Shown here: positions 30,068 to 40,391 of the stretch, piece by piece
How the letters are laid out: each line of letters opens with the position of its first letter
How positions within the stretch are numbered: position 1 is the stretch's first letter
Assembly (NCBI GenBank): GCA_965208675.1
Contig: OZ242351.1
Location: forward strand, 4,544,001-4,608,000
Length of the DNA stretch: 64,000 nucleotides
Origin: Candidatus Poribacteria bacterium
Lineage (GTDB): Bacteria; Poribacteria; WGA-4E; PCPOR2b
Reading direction: 5' to 3'
Translations under genes and position numbers: made by a program
The notes under the pieces: model-generated
What the model was told of the DNA's origin: nothing
The model's input: the letters and a program-made list of their open reading frames with translations, nothing else
The model's database searches: none

Positions 30068-31756
30068 ATGAACGCTGCGGTAATTGCGGTTGTCGTGTTG
30101 ATTCTGTATTTCTTGGGGTACCGCTACTACTCGAAATTTCTTTCCGAGAAGATTTTTCGGTTGTCCGACGATGAGCCGATGCCCTCGCATGTGCTGGAAG
30201 ATGGCGTGGATTATGTTCCGACGAACAAGCACGTGCTGTTCGGACACCACTTCTCATCCATTGCCGGCGCGGCGCCGATTATCGGGCCCGCGATTGCCGT
30301 GTTTTGGGGTTGGCTGCCCGCGATTATCTGGGTGGTGCTCGGCACAATCTTTATGGGTGCCGTGCACGATTTCAGTGCGCTCGTGGTTTCGGCGCGGCGG
30401 AAGGGGCGGTCCGTCGGGGATCTCGCCGGGATTCTGGTGAATTCCCGTGCCAGAACGCTGTTTCTGATAATCGTCTACTTCCTCATATTTTTCGTCCTCG
30501 CGGTCTTCGCCTACGCCATCGCCACCCTGTTCGTCAAATATCCGACAAGCGTGCTGCCCATCAATTTCGAGATTGTAGTCGCGCTCGGGATCGGGTTTCT
30601 GCTCTATCGAAAAGGGATTCCGCTGCTCTGGCCGTCTATAATTGCGCTGCTCATGCTTTACGTCATGGTCTGGGTCGGCACGCGTGTGCCGATACCGCTG
30701 CCCGAGATTATGGGCAGCCAAAAGGTGACGTGGATTATCCTGCTGCTGGGTTACTCATTCGTTGCGTCGGTGCTGCCGGTGTGGCTGCTGCTGCAGCCGC
30801 GCGACTATATCAACTCCCACCAACTCTTTGTCGGTTTGGCGGTGATGTTCTTGGGGCTGATGGTCGCGCATCCGTCGATGCATGCGCCCGCAATCAACCC
30901 CAACCCCGTGGGCGCCGTCCCCATGTTTCCGTTCATCTTCGTAACCATTGCCTGCGGCGCGATCAGCGGTTTCCATGGTTTGGTTTCGAGCGGCACGACA
31001 TCCAAACAGTTGGAAAAAATGACGCACGCGCGGCACGTCGGTTACGGCGGGATGCTGGGCGAGGGAACCTTGGCGATGTTCGCCACGCTCGCGGTCGCCG
31101 CCGGGTTGAGCCAAAGCGAATGGCTTACCCACTACCACGATTGGCATGCGGCGAGCAGCGGCGGCATCACCAATTTCGTGCTCGGCGCGTCGACGTTCTT
31201 GCAGGCGCTGAAAATTCCCGAACTGTTGGCGAATACCTTTATCAGCGTCATCGTCATCAGCTTCGCCGCGACCTCGCTCGACACCGGCACGCGAATACAG
31301 CGACTCATCGTCGGCGAACTCGGCGCGGCGTATAAGATAAAAGGATTTCAAAACCGCTACGTCGGCGCGGCGTTGGCGGTCGTGCCCAGTCTGCTGCTGG
31401 CGCTGCTGGTCGAAGCCCCGAACCTCGGACCCGGTTCCGGCGGTTTTCTGCTCTGGCCGCTCTTCGGCGCAAGCAACCAACTCGTCGGCGGGTTGACCTT
31501 GCTCGTTGCGACGATTTTCCTCTGGAAATCGGGGCGTCCCATCATCTATACGTTGATACCGATGTTCTTCTTGATATGCATGACGACGGGAGCCATGATT
31601 TTAAACTTTAAGTCGTTTTGGCATAACCCGCTGCTGCTCGTCCTTTCTGCCATTATTCTGGCGCTCGAAATCTGGCTGATTCTGGAGGCGGTCGTCGTGT
31701 TCAAGAGTCGGCGCGGCGGCGAAAGCGGCATCCCGCAAGAGGCGGAGATGGATTAG
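30068..31756 (+). CDS. cstA: Carbon starvation protein A family transporter
   Basis: DGVDYVPT, FGHHFSSIAGAAPI.GP, LLQPRDYIN and IACGAISGFH; ATG at 30068 after AAGGAGG. Confidence 0.92.
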   Translation: MNAAVIAVVVLILYFLGYRYYSKFLSEKIFRLSDDEPMPSHVLEDGVDYVPTNKHVLFGHHFSSIAGAAPIIGPAIAVFWGWLPAIIWVVLGTIFMGAVHDFSALVVSARRKGRSVGDLAGILVNSRARTLFLIIVYFLIFFVLAVFAYAIATLFVKYPTSVLPINFEIVVALGIGFLLYRKGIPLLWPSIIALLMLYVMVWVGTRVPIPLPEIMGSQKVTWIILLLGYSFVASVLPVWLLLQPRDYINSHQLFVGLAVMFLGLMVAHPSMHAPAINPNPVGAVPMFPFIFVTIACGAISGFHGLVSSGTTSKQLEKMTHARHVGYGGMLGEGTLAMFATLAVAAGLSQSEWLTHYHDWHAASSGGITNFVLGASTFLQALKIPELLANTFISVIVISFAATSLDTGTRIQRLIVGELGAAYKIKGFQNRYVGAALAVVPSLLLALLVEAPNLGPGSGGFLLWPLFGASNQLVGGLTLLVATIFLWKSGRPIIYTLIPMFFLICMTTGAMILNFKSFWHNPLLLVLSAIILALEIWLILEAVVVFKSRRGGESGIPQEAEMD

Positions 31757-31850
31757 TGAATAGACTGAAAACTTTGGAACGGCAACCGCACTGAATTTGT
31801 GTCATAAGGATAATATTGCCGACTCTTCAACTGAACGAAGGAGGATGGAA

Positions 31851-33299
31851 ATGAAAACGCACTGTCGGATTTCTTTTGCAATTATCGTAGCCTTTATTTG
31901 CAGCGCATTGATAGGCATCGAATTCGCCAGCGCAGATCATGATGCAGTAGTTGATAACGACAAGGAAGCGCCGGATTTTACCCTGCCGGACACGAATAAT
32001 CGAAACGTGACCCTAAGCGAGCATGAGGGGAGGGAGAACGTCGTCCTAGTCTTTTACCGAGGGCAGTGGTGACCGTCCTGTATTGACCAGCTCGTCGAGC
32101 TGCAGCCGCATTACACCCGCGTTCGCGAACTCGGCGCCGAGATGTATGCCATCAGCGTGGACAAACACGCCGACTCGATACGCGTGCTCGTGCAAGGGAA
32201 TAACAGACACAATACTAAAGTGACGTTTCCTATCCTATCAGATTCAAATCCAGTTCTGGCGACCATAAAAAAATATGGCGTGAAGGATAGAATCTCGCCA
32301 TTCGCCAGACCGGCTACTTTCGTTGTCGATAGGGATGGAATTATTCAATGGCACGACGTCGGAACACACAAGGATGACCGCGCATTTGCTCAGGAAATTC
32401 TCCCCGTTCTCGAAGACCTCAGCGAACCGCCGAACACGCCGCCCGAGATATTCGGAACGATTCCGGATCTCTATGTACAATCCGATCAACAGCCAGAAGA
32501 CTTCGATCTGTCCGAATTCGCGTACGATAAGGAGGACTCGCAGGGCAGCCTGCGCTGGGAAGTGGAGCCAACGAAAACCGAATATTTTACCGCTGAAATC
32601 AACGGCCATCAGCTCACAATCACGCCGTTCCCGGACGAATACGGTGAGAGAAGCATTACATTGAGGCTTTTTGATTCCGGCGGTGACATGGATTCGCAAT
32701 CGCTGTTCGTCACGGTCATCCCGGCGCCGAATTTTCAGAAAACGATTCGCTTGGTCGTCCGCGGCGGGTTAAACCTGATTCACCTTCCAATCGGCGTGAA
32801 CATCGTTAATGGCGCACCGGGAACTATCACCCGAATCAGCGAACTCTACGACGTGCTCGGCGGATCGGAAAATGTCCACTGGCTGGTAACCAGTTCCCCG
32901 GATGTGCCGGGCGGGGTGAATGAGTTGAAACCGTATTTCGGCGGTGCCAACGATTCAATTATTGAAGCCGAAACCGGCGTCCTCGCCGCACTGCGAGAGC
33001 CGAGAACGCTGCACCTTGTCGGAACGCTGCTCAATGCGCCGCTTCCCCTCAATCCGGGTTGGAATATCGTCGGTGTGCCGCATTACGACAGCGGTATTTT
33101 ACTTCTCAGCGACGTCGCGGGAATAGATGTTATTCAAGGCAACGCCTCCCAAATTGCCGTATTCGAAGATGGTAAATTTTTTGCGAATGCGCCAAGCGGC
33201 ATTATTAAAAGCACCCAGTCCGATAGGAGATTAGAAACGGGGCAGGCGATCCTGATTGAAATGACGGGCGCCGCAACCATACCGTTGCCGTTGAAATAA
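31851..33299 (+). CDS. Secreted selenoprotein: AhpC/TSA redoxin domain with UxxC, followed by an Ig/cadherin-like domain and a C-terminal domain
   Basis: ORFs 31797..32072 and 32142..33299 are in one frame, separated only by TGA at 32070-32072. Read-through gives FYRGQW-U-PSC-IDQLVELQ...GAEMYAISVD. Confidence 0.85.
32078..32105 (+). promoter_or_regulatory. Putative bacterial SECIS hairpin
   Basis: CAGCTC-GTC-GAGCTG stem-loop; the G-initiated loop is 21 nt downstream of the in-frame UGA. Confidence 0.65.
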
Positions 33300-33341
33300 G
33301 TTGGCGGCTGAAGCCTATCTCTGAATCGAGTCTTACCGCCG

Positions 33342-34373
33342 ATGAACCCAACCCACATCTCAAGCACTATTCGCCAGGGCGTATCGGGCGGCGTTTTCCC
33401 CGGCGCGGTGGCTTACATCGTCGAAGGCGGAAACCTATCCTATTATGAAGCCTTCGGGAACCGTATGATCGAACCGGATGTTAAACCGATGCACCGCGGC
33501 ACAATCTTCGATATCGCGTCGCTCACAAAACCCATCGTCATCTCGTCGCTCGCCCTGCGCCTCGTCGAGTCCGGCGATATCCATCTGCGCGCCCCCGTCC
33601 GAGACTGCCTCCCCGAATTTTCGCATCCGGAGGTGACGGTTCACCACCTGCTGACCCACTCCTCCGGGCTGCCGGCGTGGCGGTCGCTGTATCTGGAAAC
33701 CGAATCGAAAGAGGGCGTCGTTGAACATCTGGGGCAGATGCCGCTGGAGCAGCCGCCCGGCGAAAGAGTCGAATACAGTTGCCTCGGCTATATCCTGCTC
33801 GGCGTGCTCATTGAACGCGCCGTGGGAAAACCGCTCGACCGCCTGGCTGGCGAACAGATTTTTCAGCCGCTGCAAATGTCCAAAACGCGGTATAATCCGC
33901 CGGAATCGTGGAGGGACAGTATCGCCGCAACGGAGGATTCGAACAGCTTCGAAAAACGCATGGCCGACCATCGCCGCTACGATTGGCGGGAAGGGGTGAA
34001 CGTTGGCGCGGTGCACGACGAGAATGCCCATTATCTCGGCGGCGTGTCGGGAAACGCGGGCTTATTTTCTACCGCTGAGGACGTTTCGAAATATTGCCGC
34101 ATGATGATTGGCGGCGGAGACGGGGTGTTGACGGAGAATGACGTGGCGCAGATGGCGGCTAATCAAACGAAGGGGTTAAACGAATCGCGCAGCGTGGGTT
34201 GGATTATCTTGGAGGACGGCTCGCTCTACCACACCGGTTTCACCGGCACTTCCATCTTAATCAACTTGAAAAGCAGGTCATTTGCCGTTTTGTTGACGAA
34301 CCGCGTTCACCCGAGCGCATTCGGTCCTAGCATGGTCGAATTTCGCGCCAAATTTCATCAGGAAATTTTTTGA
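33342..34373 (+). CDS. Serine hydrolase, beta-lactamase/class C family
   Basis: FDIASLTK (SxxK), LLTHSSGL, YSCLGY, VHDENA, GNAGLFS, HTGFTG and LTNR. Confidence 0.9.
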   Translation: MNPTHISSTIRQGVSGGVFPGAVAYIVEGGNLSYYEAFGNRMIEPDVKPMHRGTIFDIASLTKPIVISSLALRLVESGDIHLRAPVRDCLPEFSHPEVTVHHLLTHSSGLPAWRSLYLETESKEGVVEHLGQMPLEQPPGERVEYSCLGYILLGVLIERAVGKPLDRLAGEQIFQPLQMSKTRYNPPESWRDSIAATEDSNSFEKRMADHRRYDWREGVNVGAVHDENAHYLGGVSGNAGLFSTAEDVSKYCRMMIGGGDGVLTENDVAQMAANQTKGLNESRSVGWIILEDGSLYHTGFTGTSILINLKSRSFAVLLTNRVHPSAFGPSMVEFRAKFHQEIF

Positions 34374-34479
34374 TATTGCGGCTACAACTATCGTTTTAAG
34401 TAAAGAAGAGTTTCCTTAATCTGTCGCCCCTCTGGGGCTTTCGATTTAGGTGAATTAATGATTTTATAAACCTGAGAAT

Positions 34480-34574
34480 CTCTATCGTACTCGCAAATCA
34501 CTCGCTCGATCCTGCGCTGGGGCTTTGGCTTATGACAACTGGCTACTGTAAAATTAGAATTTTCAAACAGGTTC
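34480..34574. mobile_element. Right-hand fragment of the MITE family
   Basis: TCTATCG...TCGC.AATC.CTC..TCGATC core and terminal ACTGTAAAATTAGAATTTTCAAACAGGTTC match the right end of 10708..10960. Confidence 0.6.
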
Positions 34575-34610
34575 AAAGCAAATCCTTGAATAATTGAAGG
34601 AGAATTTATA

Positions 34611-36890
34611 ATGTTCTCAAAGGCGGCAGAACTCGCCCGATCAAAACTCGGCGGTTCGGCTTCGGATTCAGGTTCGGGTCACGGCTTCGGCACGGCGCCG
34701 GTATTCCTCGCGTCAGTAAGCACCATACTCGGGGCGATTCTCTTTTTGCGGTTCGGTTACGCTGTGGCGCACGTCGGGCTTGGGCTCACGCTCGTAATTA
34801 TTGTACTCGGTCATTTCGTGACTATTCCCACGGTTCTCGCGGTGTCGGAAATTGCCACAAACCGGCGGGTAGCGGGCGGCGGTGCGTATTTTATTGTAAG
34901 CCGATCTTTCGGCATGAGTATTGGCGGCGCCATCGGCATTGCGCTTTATCTCTCTCAAGCGATTTCGGTCGCGTTCTACATGGTGGCGTTCGCGGAGTCG
35001 TTTGAGCCGCTCAAAGCATTGGCTGTTGAAAATATAGACTGGATTAAGCAACCGCCGGATGCACGCTGGATTAGCCTCCCGTTTACCGGTTTGCTCATTG
35101 CATTGATGTTGACAAAAGGCGCAAATTTGGGTGTACGCGCACTGTGGGCTGTGTGCTGCCTCCTCGCCGCCGCAATTGCGGCGTTTTTAATTGGGAAGCC
35201 GCCGGAAGGCACGGAGCTAAACGGCTTAAACGTTACGGCACGCATTGATAACAATGACGGCTTCGGTACAGTTTTTGCGACATGTTTCCCCGCGTTCACT
35301 GGGATGATTGCAGGTTTGGGGCTATCCGGCGACCTGAAAAACCCCCAGCGGAGCATACCGCTCGGTACCATCGGGGCTACGTTTGCTGGAATGGTAATTT
35401 ACACTTTGGTCGCTGTAAAACTTGCACTAAGCGCGACGCCCAAAGACCTCGCGGAGGATTATTTCATCATGGCTAAGATTGCAATCTGGCCGCCGATAAT
35501 TTATATTGGGTTAGCCGCCGCAGCGCTGTCGTCCGCCCTCGGTTCAATCATGGTGGCGCCGAGAACACTGCAAGCGTTGGCACGCGACAACGTGTTGCCG
35601 ATTCCCAAACTGAACCGACTGCTAGAAAAGGGGTGGGGCAAAGCACAGGAACCGTTTTATGCGACCTGCGTGTCAGGCGCGATTGCCATCGTGTTTGTGG
35701 TGCTAGGCGGTGTGGATTCCATCGCCCGGATTCTCACGATGTTCTTCATGGTGACGTACGGCGCACTTTGCGCGGTGTCGTTCCTCGAATACTTTTCGGG
35801 CAACCCGTCGTACCGGCCGACATTCCACACTCGATGGTATTTATCGCTGCTGGGCGCGGTGATGTGCGGCTTGATGATGATTCGGATTGACATTCTCTAC
35901 ACGCTTCTCGCACTGCTTCTGATGATAGCGGTATATATCGGACTCCGGCGCAGCCGACACGGGCAGCGCGACTTAACAGCGATTTTTCAAGGGACGATGT
36001 TCCAGCTCACCCGGCGGTTGCAGATTTTCCTGCAGAAGAGCCGCGCTATCTCCACAAAAGACGGATGGCGGCCGTCAATTGTCGCGGTGACCCGATTCGG
36101 CGAACGACGCCTTGGTCATTTCGACCTGCTCCGATGGATTTGCCACCGGCACGGATTCGGCCAATTCATACAGTTCTCGGAGGGCGAATATTCATTCTCA
36201 AGCGAGGTTGCCGCGCGCCTCGGCGTCGACGAGCTGATTCAGCGAACAGAAGTAAGCCGCGCTGGCATCTTTGTCGATTCGCTGATTTGCCCGTCGTTTC
36301 AGCTTGCGATAGCACAAACCCTGCAGATGCCGGGCGTCTCCGGTTTGCCCAACAACTGTGTTTTGCTGGAGTTCCATCAAGATAATCCTGAAGAGATTAA
36401 GGAGGTCGAACAGGGTGCGCGCCTGGCGGCGAATGCGATGTTCAACGTGTTGATTTTGCGATCGACTAAATACCGTTTCGGCTACCGGTCGTCGATTCAT
36501 GTCTGGGTAACTGAGGAGACCTTGGCAAACGCGCCGATGATGCTGATGTTTGCATATATCATTGTCGGCCATCCGGAATGGAAACGCGCCGAGATTAAGC
36601 TTTTTGGCTGCTTCGATTCGACTGAAGCCGGGCGCGAGGTAAACAAACTCTCAACGCTCATGACGGAAGGACGGCTGCCAATCTCGACGCATAACGTGAC
36701 GTCCGTATCTTGCAGCGTCGACGAGCTGGAGGAAGAGGTGTTCCACCGATCTTCCCAAGCTGACCTCGTCATAGCGGGCCTAAAAGCGGACAGCGCCGAA
36801 CCGCGCCCGGTGGCTGATGCATTACGGCATTATGAACGCGCGAACGAGGTACTGTTAGTGCATTCGAGCGAGAAGATATCAATCCGGTAG
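34611..36890 (+). CDS. APC-superfamily transporter, cation-chloride cotransporter (SLC12)-like
   Basis: TILGAILFLRFG, FPAFTG..AG...SGDLKNP..SIP.GT, APR.LQALARD and a C-terminal cytoplasmic domain starting WRP. Confidence 0.85.
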   Translation: MFSKAAELARSKLGGSASDSGSGHGFGTAPVFLASVSTILGAILFLRFGYAVAHVGLGLTLVIIVLGHFVTIPTVLAVSEIATNRRVAGGGAYFIVSRSFGMSIGGAIGIALYLSQAISVAFYMVAFAESFEPLKALAVENIDWIKQPPDARWISLPFTGLLIALMLTKGANLGVRALWAVCCLLAAAIAAFLIGKPPEGTELNGLNVTARIDNNDGFGTVFATCFPAFTGMIAGLGLSGDLKNPQRSIPLGTIGATFAGMVIYTLVAVKLALSATPKDLAEDYFIMAKIAIWPPIIYIGLAAAALSSALGSIMVAPRTLQALARDNVLPIPKLNRLLEKGWGKAQEPFYATCVSGAIAIVFVVLGGVDSIARILTMFFMVTYGALCAVSFLEYFSGNPSYRPTFHTRWYLSLLGAVMCGLMMIRIDILYTLLALLLMIAVYIGLRRSRHGQRDLTAIFQGTMFQLTRRLQIFLQKSRAISTKDGWRPSIVAVTRFGERRLGHFDLLRWICHRHGFGQFIQFSEGEYSFSSEVAARLGVDELIQRTEVSRAGIFVDSLICPSFQLAIAQTLQMPGVSGLPNNCVLLEFHQDNPEEIKEVEQGARLAANAMFNVLILRSTKYRFGYRSSIHVWVTEETLANAPMMLMFAYIIVGHPEWKRAEIKLFGCFDSTEAGREVNKLSTLMTEGRLPISTHNVTSVSCSVDELEEEVFHRSSQADLVIAGLKADSAEPRPVADALRHYERANEVLLVHSSEKISIR

Positions 36891-36904
36891 ATAGAGATTA
36901 GAAC

Positions 36905-37789
36905 ATGCAGATCTTGGAAGACATTCGTGAAATCCTAGGGAAAAATCTTGGCGCTATAGGAGAGGTGAACATTACCCCTGCCCGCCTGGTGACGGTTCTG
37001 TTAATCATTGCGGGGACGTTCTGGATTTCACGGTTGCTGCAGCGCGTGCTGCGGCGAAACTTGTTCGTGCGGATCGGTTTAAGAGAGGGTACACAGGCTA
37101 CCATCTTCCGCATCTTGCACTATTCGATAATGTGCTTGGGTGTCTTCATTGCGGTGACCGTAGCGGGCATTAATTTGACGGGACTAGCCGCCATTACCGC
37201 GGTGCTAATGGTGGGCATCAGTCTCGGGTTGCAAAGTGTCACCAGTAATTTCATCAGTGGGTTAATACTGCTGATTGAGCGGCCGGTGCAGGTGGGAGAT
37301 TTTGTGGAGGTCGCCGGTGTCCAAGGTAAGGTGCGTACGATTAGAGGACGCAGCACCACCGTGGACACGTTGGACAATGTGTCGATTATTGTGCCGAATA
37401 CTAACTTTATATCAGAGAACGTTACCAACTGGAGTTTTCGAGATATGAAAGTCCGCATCCACGTATCTGTCGGTGTGTCGTACGGTTCAGATGTCGACTT
37501 GGTGGCGGAAACCCTGTTGGAGGCGGGACGCGCACACCCGGAAGTATTGGAAAATCCAGAGCCGCAGATACAGTTTTTGGAATTTGGCGACAGCTCGTTG
37601 AATTTCGATTTGCTAGTGTGGCTTAGGGATGCGTCGCGCCAATATTTTGTGAGAAGCGATTTAAATTTCGCTATCGTGAAGGTGTTTCGCGAACGAGACA
37701 TTACGATTCCGTTCCCGCAGCGTGATTTGCACCTCCGAAGCGCCGTGCCGATGAATGTCGGCACGGACGAGGATTTCGATGAATCGTGA
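36905..37789 (+). CDS. Small-conductance mechanosensitive channel (MscS family)
   Basis: GLQ...SNFISGLILLIERP..VGD, IIVPN..F....V.NW, VGVSYGSD and IPFPQRDLH. Confidence 0.92.
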   Translation: MQILEDIREILGKNLGAIGEVNITPARLVTVLLIIAGTFWISRLLQRVLRRNLFVRIGLREGTQATIFRILHYSIMCLGVFIAVTVAGINLTGLAAITAVLMVGISLGLQSVTSNFISGLILLIERPVQVGDFVEVAGVQGKVRTIRGRSTTVDTLDNVSIIVPNTNFISENVTNWSFRDMKVRIHVSVGVSYGSDVDLVAETLLEAGRAHPEVLENPEPQIQFLEFGDSSLNFDLLVWLRDASRQYFVRSDLNFAIVKVFRERDITIPFPQRDLHLRSAVPMNVGTDEDFDES

Positions 37790-38975
37790 GCGGCAGCGCG
37801 CGAAAACGCAAGTCGGTTTGGACATTCTATTCAAGGATTGCATTTCTCTGATTACGAGCCGGCGGGTCGGGCTAATCACCAACCAAACCGGAATTGATGA
37901 ACAGTTTCAGAGCAGCGCGAGTTTGTTCGCCGGACACCCGGCGGTTCGGCTCTCGGCACTGTTTAGCCCGGAGCACGGGATTCAGGGAAGCGCGTCGCAC
38001 GGGGTCCGAATCCCCTCCACGATTAACGCACAGTTTCAGATTCCTGTCCACAGCTTGTACGGGGAGAAGCGCGCGCCGACATCGGAGATGCTTGCGGACA
38101 TTGACGCATTGGTATTCGATATACAGGATGTTGGTTCGCGGTTTTTCACGTATATTTCGACGCTGCGTAATGCGATGCAGGCGGCTATGTCGAACGACGT
38201 GGACTTCATGGTGCTTGACCGGCCGAATCCAATCCGCGGGGATTGCGTTGAGGGCAACCTGCTTCAACCGGCTTTCCAATCGTTCGTTGGGGCAGCCGGT
38301 TTGCCGATTCGTCACGGTATGACGACTGGTGAACTCGCGCGGCTTTTCCGGGCAGAACTCGAAATAACAGCGCAACCGCAGCAGTGCAGCGTGCAGTTGG
38401 AAGTGGTGCCGATGCAGGGTTGGCGCCGCGCCATGTGGTACGATGAGACCGGTTTGCCGTGGGTGCCGCCTTCGCCGAATATGCCTACAGTGGCAACAGC
38501 GACCTTGTATCCCGGCACATGCCTTATTGAAGGCACGAACCTATCCGAGGGGCGCGGCACAACCATGCCGTTTGAGTGGATTGGCGCGCCGTGGATCGAA
38601 TCGGAAGGTTGGGCGGAGACGCTCAATAGTTCCGGTTTGCAGGGCGTTTACTTTCGCCCGATTGAATTCGCCCCAACCTTTTCCAAATTCGCGGGGAAAC
38701 AGTGCCGCGGCGTACAGGTGCATGTAACGAATCGAGACAAATTGAGACCGGTTGAGGTTGGCATTCATCTTATTGCAACGGCGCGGCGCGGCTATCCGGA
38801 TAGGTTTGCGTTTTTGCAAAACGAGGGCCGATTCTTCATTGACCTTTTGGCTGGCACTGATGAACTACGGTTGCGGCTCATAGATGGCGAACCGCCCGGC
38901 GAGATAATTCTCGCTTGGGAGAAAGATGCGGCGGCGTTCAGAGAGCGGCGCCAGCCGTATCTGCTCTACAACTGA
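37779..38975 (+). CDS. namZ: Exo-beta-N-acetylmuramidase NamZ family (DUF1343)
   Basis: GLITNQTG, LFSPEHG, FDIQDVG.RF.TY, LDRPNP, RHGMT.GELA, PSPNMP and SEGRGT; ATG at 37779 after GAGGA. Confidence 0.85.
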   Translation: MNRERQRAKTQVGLDILFKDCISLITSRRVGLITNQTGIDEQFQSSASLFAGHPAVRLSALFSPEHGIQGSASHGVRIPSTINAQFQIPVHSLYGEKRAPTSEMLADIDALVFDIQDVGSRFFTYISTLRNAMQAAMSNDVDFMVLDRPNPIRGDCVEGNLLQPAFQSFVGAAGLPIRHGMTTGELARLFRAELEITAQPQQCSVQLEVVPMQGWRRAMWYDETGLPWVPPSPNMPTVATATLYPGTCLIEGTNLSEGRGTTMPFEWIGAPWIESEGWAETLNSSGLQGVYFRPIEFAPTFSKFAGKQCRGVQVHVTNRDKLRPVEVGIHLIATARRGYPDRFAFLQNEGRFFIDLLAGTDELRLRLIDGEPPGEIILAWEKDAAAFRERRQPYLLYN

Positions 38976-39031
38976 GACGCGTCAATAGTTCGATTCGATA
39001 TATTGACGCAGACATACGGAATTTTACGGCA

Positions 39032-40219
39032 GTGAAATCTCTTTACCACCTATCCTGGAAAAGGACGAAAAAGGTTATTGGCTTGATGTCGGGCACGTCT
39101 GCCGATGGGGTAGATGCGGCGCTCGTAGAAATCCGGGGCGACGGTTTAGCCACACAGGTCGAACTCCTCGCATTCCAGGCTTTGCCCTATGGGGAGAACG
39201 TCCGAAGCCGCGTCTTTAATCTTTTTCAGCCGGAAACTAGCGGCGTCGACGAAATCTGCCAGATGAATTTCCTTATCGGGGAGATATTTGCGGACGCGGT
39301 GCACTCGGTAGTTCGGCACGCGGCACTCGATATAGACGAAATTGACTTAATCGGTTCACACGGACAGACGGTCTATCACCTTCCGCCTCAGATTGACGCA
39401 GCATATATACCATCGACTTTACAGCTTGGCGAGCCTGCTGTGATTGCGCATCGTACAGGCGTCCCGACGATTGGGGATTTTAGAGTCGCGGACCTCGCAG
39501 CGGGCGGGCAGGGCGCTCCGCTTGTGCCTTACGTCGATTTTCTACTCTTTCGGCGAAGTGATAGGACAATCGCACTCCAAAACATCGGCGGCATCTCCAA
39601 TGTGACGCTCATTCCTGCCGGCACAGGTCTAGCTGATGTCTTGGCATCCGATACCGGACCCGGCAACATGATTATTGACGCGGTCGTAGAGATAACGACG
39701 AGCGGCAAAGAGAAGTATGATTTCGGCGGACAGCGTGCGGCGCTCGGACAACCGTGCGAGGCGTTGGTAGCGGAATGGTTGGATCACCCATTCATCCGCC
39801 AAGCGCCGCCAAAAACGACCGGGCGTGAGGTGTTTGGCGTGGAGTTCGCCCGCCGGGCAATCGAGGCGTCGCGCGCGAAGAAAATGTCCAATTCGGACAT
39901 AGTTGCGACGGTGACGGAGTTTACTGCGCGGACAATCTTTGACCACTACAACCGTTTTCTGACGCCGCATCATGCAATCGATGAAATCGCTGTGAGCGGC
40001 GGAGGGGTGCATAATGCGACGCTTATGCAACGATTGAATACGCTGTTCCATCCGATTGACGTTCAATCGGTAGATGCATACGGATTCTCAAGCGATGCAA
40101 AAGAGGCGGTTGCTTTTGCGGTGCTTGCAAATGAAGCGGTGCATGGGCATTGCGGGAATTTACCGCGAACCACGGGCGCTTCGCAGCCAAAGATTCTAGG
40201 TAAGTTTGTGCCTGCGTAA
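39032..40219 (+). CDS. anmK: Anhydro-N-acetylmuramic acid kinase
   Basis: GLMSGTSADGVD, GSHGQT, DFR.AD.A.GGQGAPL, NIGGISN, DTGPGN, PPKTTGRE and KEA.AFA; probable GTG start at 39032. Confidence 0.93.
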   Translation: MKSLYHLSWKRTKKVIGLMSGTSADGVDAALVEIRGDGLATQVELLAFQALPYGENVRSRVFNLFQPETSGVDEICQMNFLIGEIFADAVHSVVRHAALDIDEIDLIGSHGQTVYHLPPQIDAAYIPSTLQLGEPAVIAHRTGVPTIGDFRVADLAAGGQGAPLVPYVDFLLFRRSDRTIALQNIGGISNVTLIPAGTGLADVLASDTGPGNMIIDAVVEITTSGKEKYDFGGQRAALGQPCEALVAEWLDHPFIRQAPPKTTGREVFGVEFARRAIEASRAKKMSNSDIVATVTEFTARTIFDHYNRFLTPHHAIDEIAVSGGGVHNATLMQRLNTLFHPIDVQSVDAYGFSSDAKEAVAFAVLANEAVHGHCGNLPRTTGASQPKILGKFVPA

Positions 40220-40251
40220 AAACGAAATATTTGGTTGGAGGCGATTTTAAA

Positions 40252-40354
40252 TCGTTGAGTTCGCTGCGCCGTGGAGATTATGGAACATAATATAGTCTTA
40301 GGACGTATTAGAATGAATCAGTCATGTTGCCCGAACCCGCTTAACCCAACCCAC
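40252..40354. repeat. ~100-bp REP-derived element, copy A
   Basis: Aligns end to end with 43121..43222 (CGCT.CGCCGTGGAGATT.TG.AACA.AATA ... CATGTT.C.CGAACCCGCT..ACCCAACC.AC). Confidence 0.75.
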
Positions 40355-40391
40355 AAAAACTTGAATCGTTATCGACTAGGGCGGTAAATCA

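Noticed and set aside
31797-32072. Separate 91-aa ORF or pseudogene split
   Set aside because: The stop is an in-frame TGA at the catalytic Cys position with a SECIS-like hairpin and an intact downstream frame; selenocysteine read-through explains it better.
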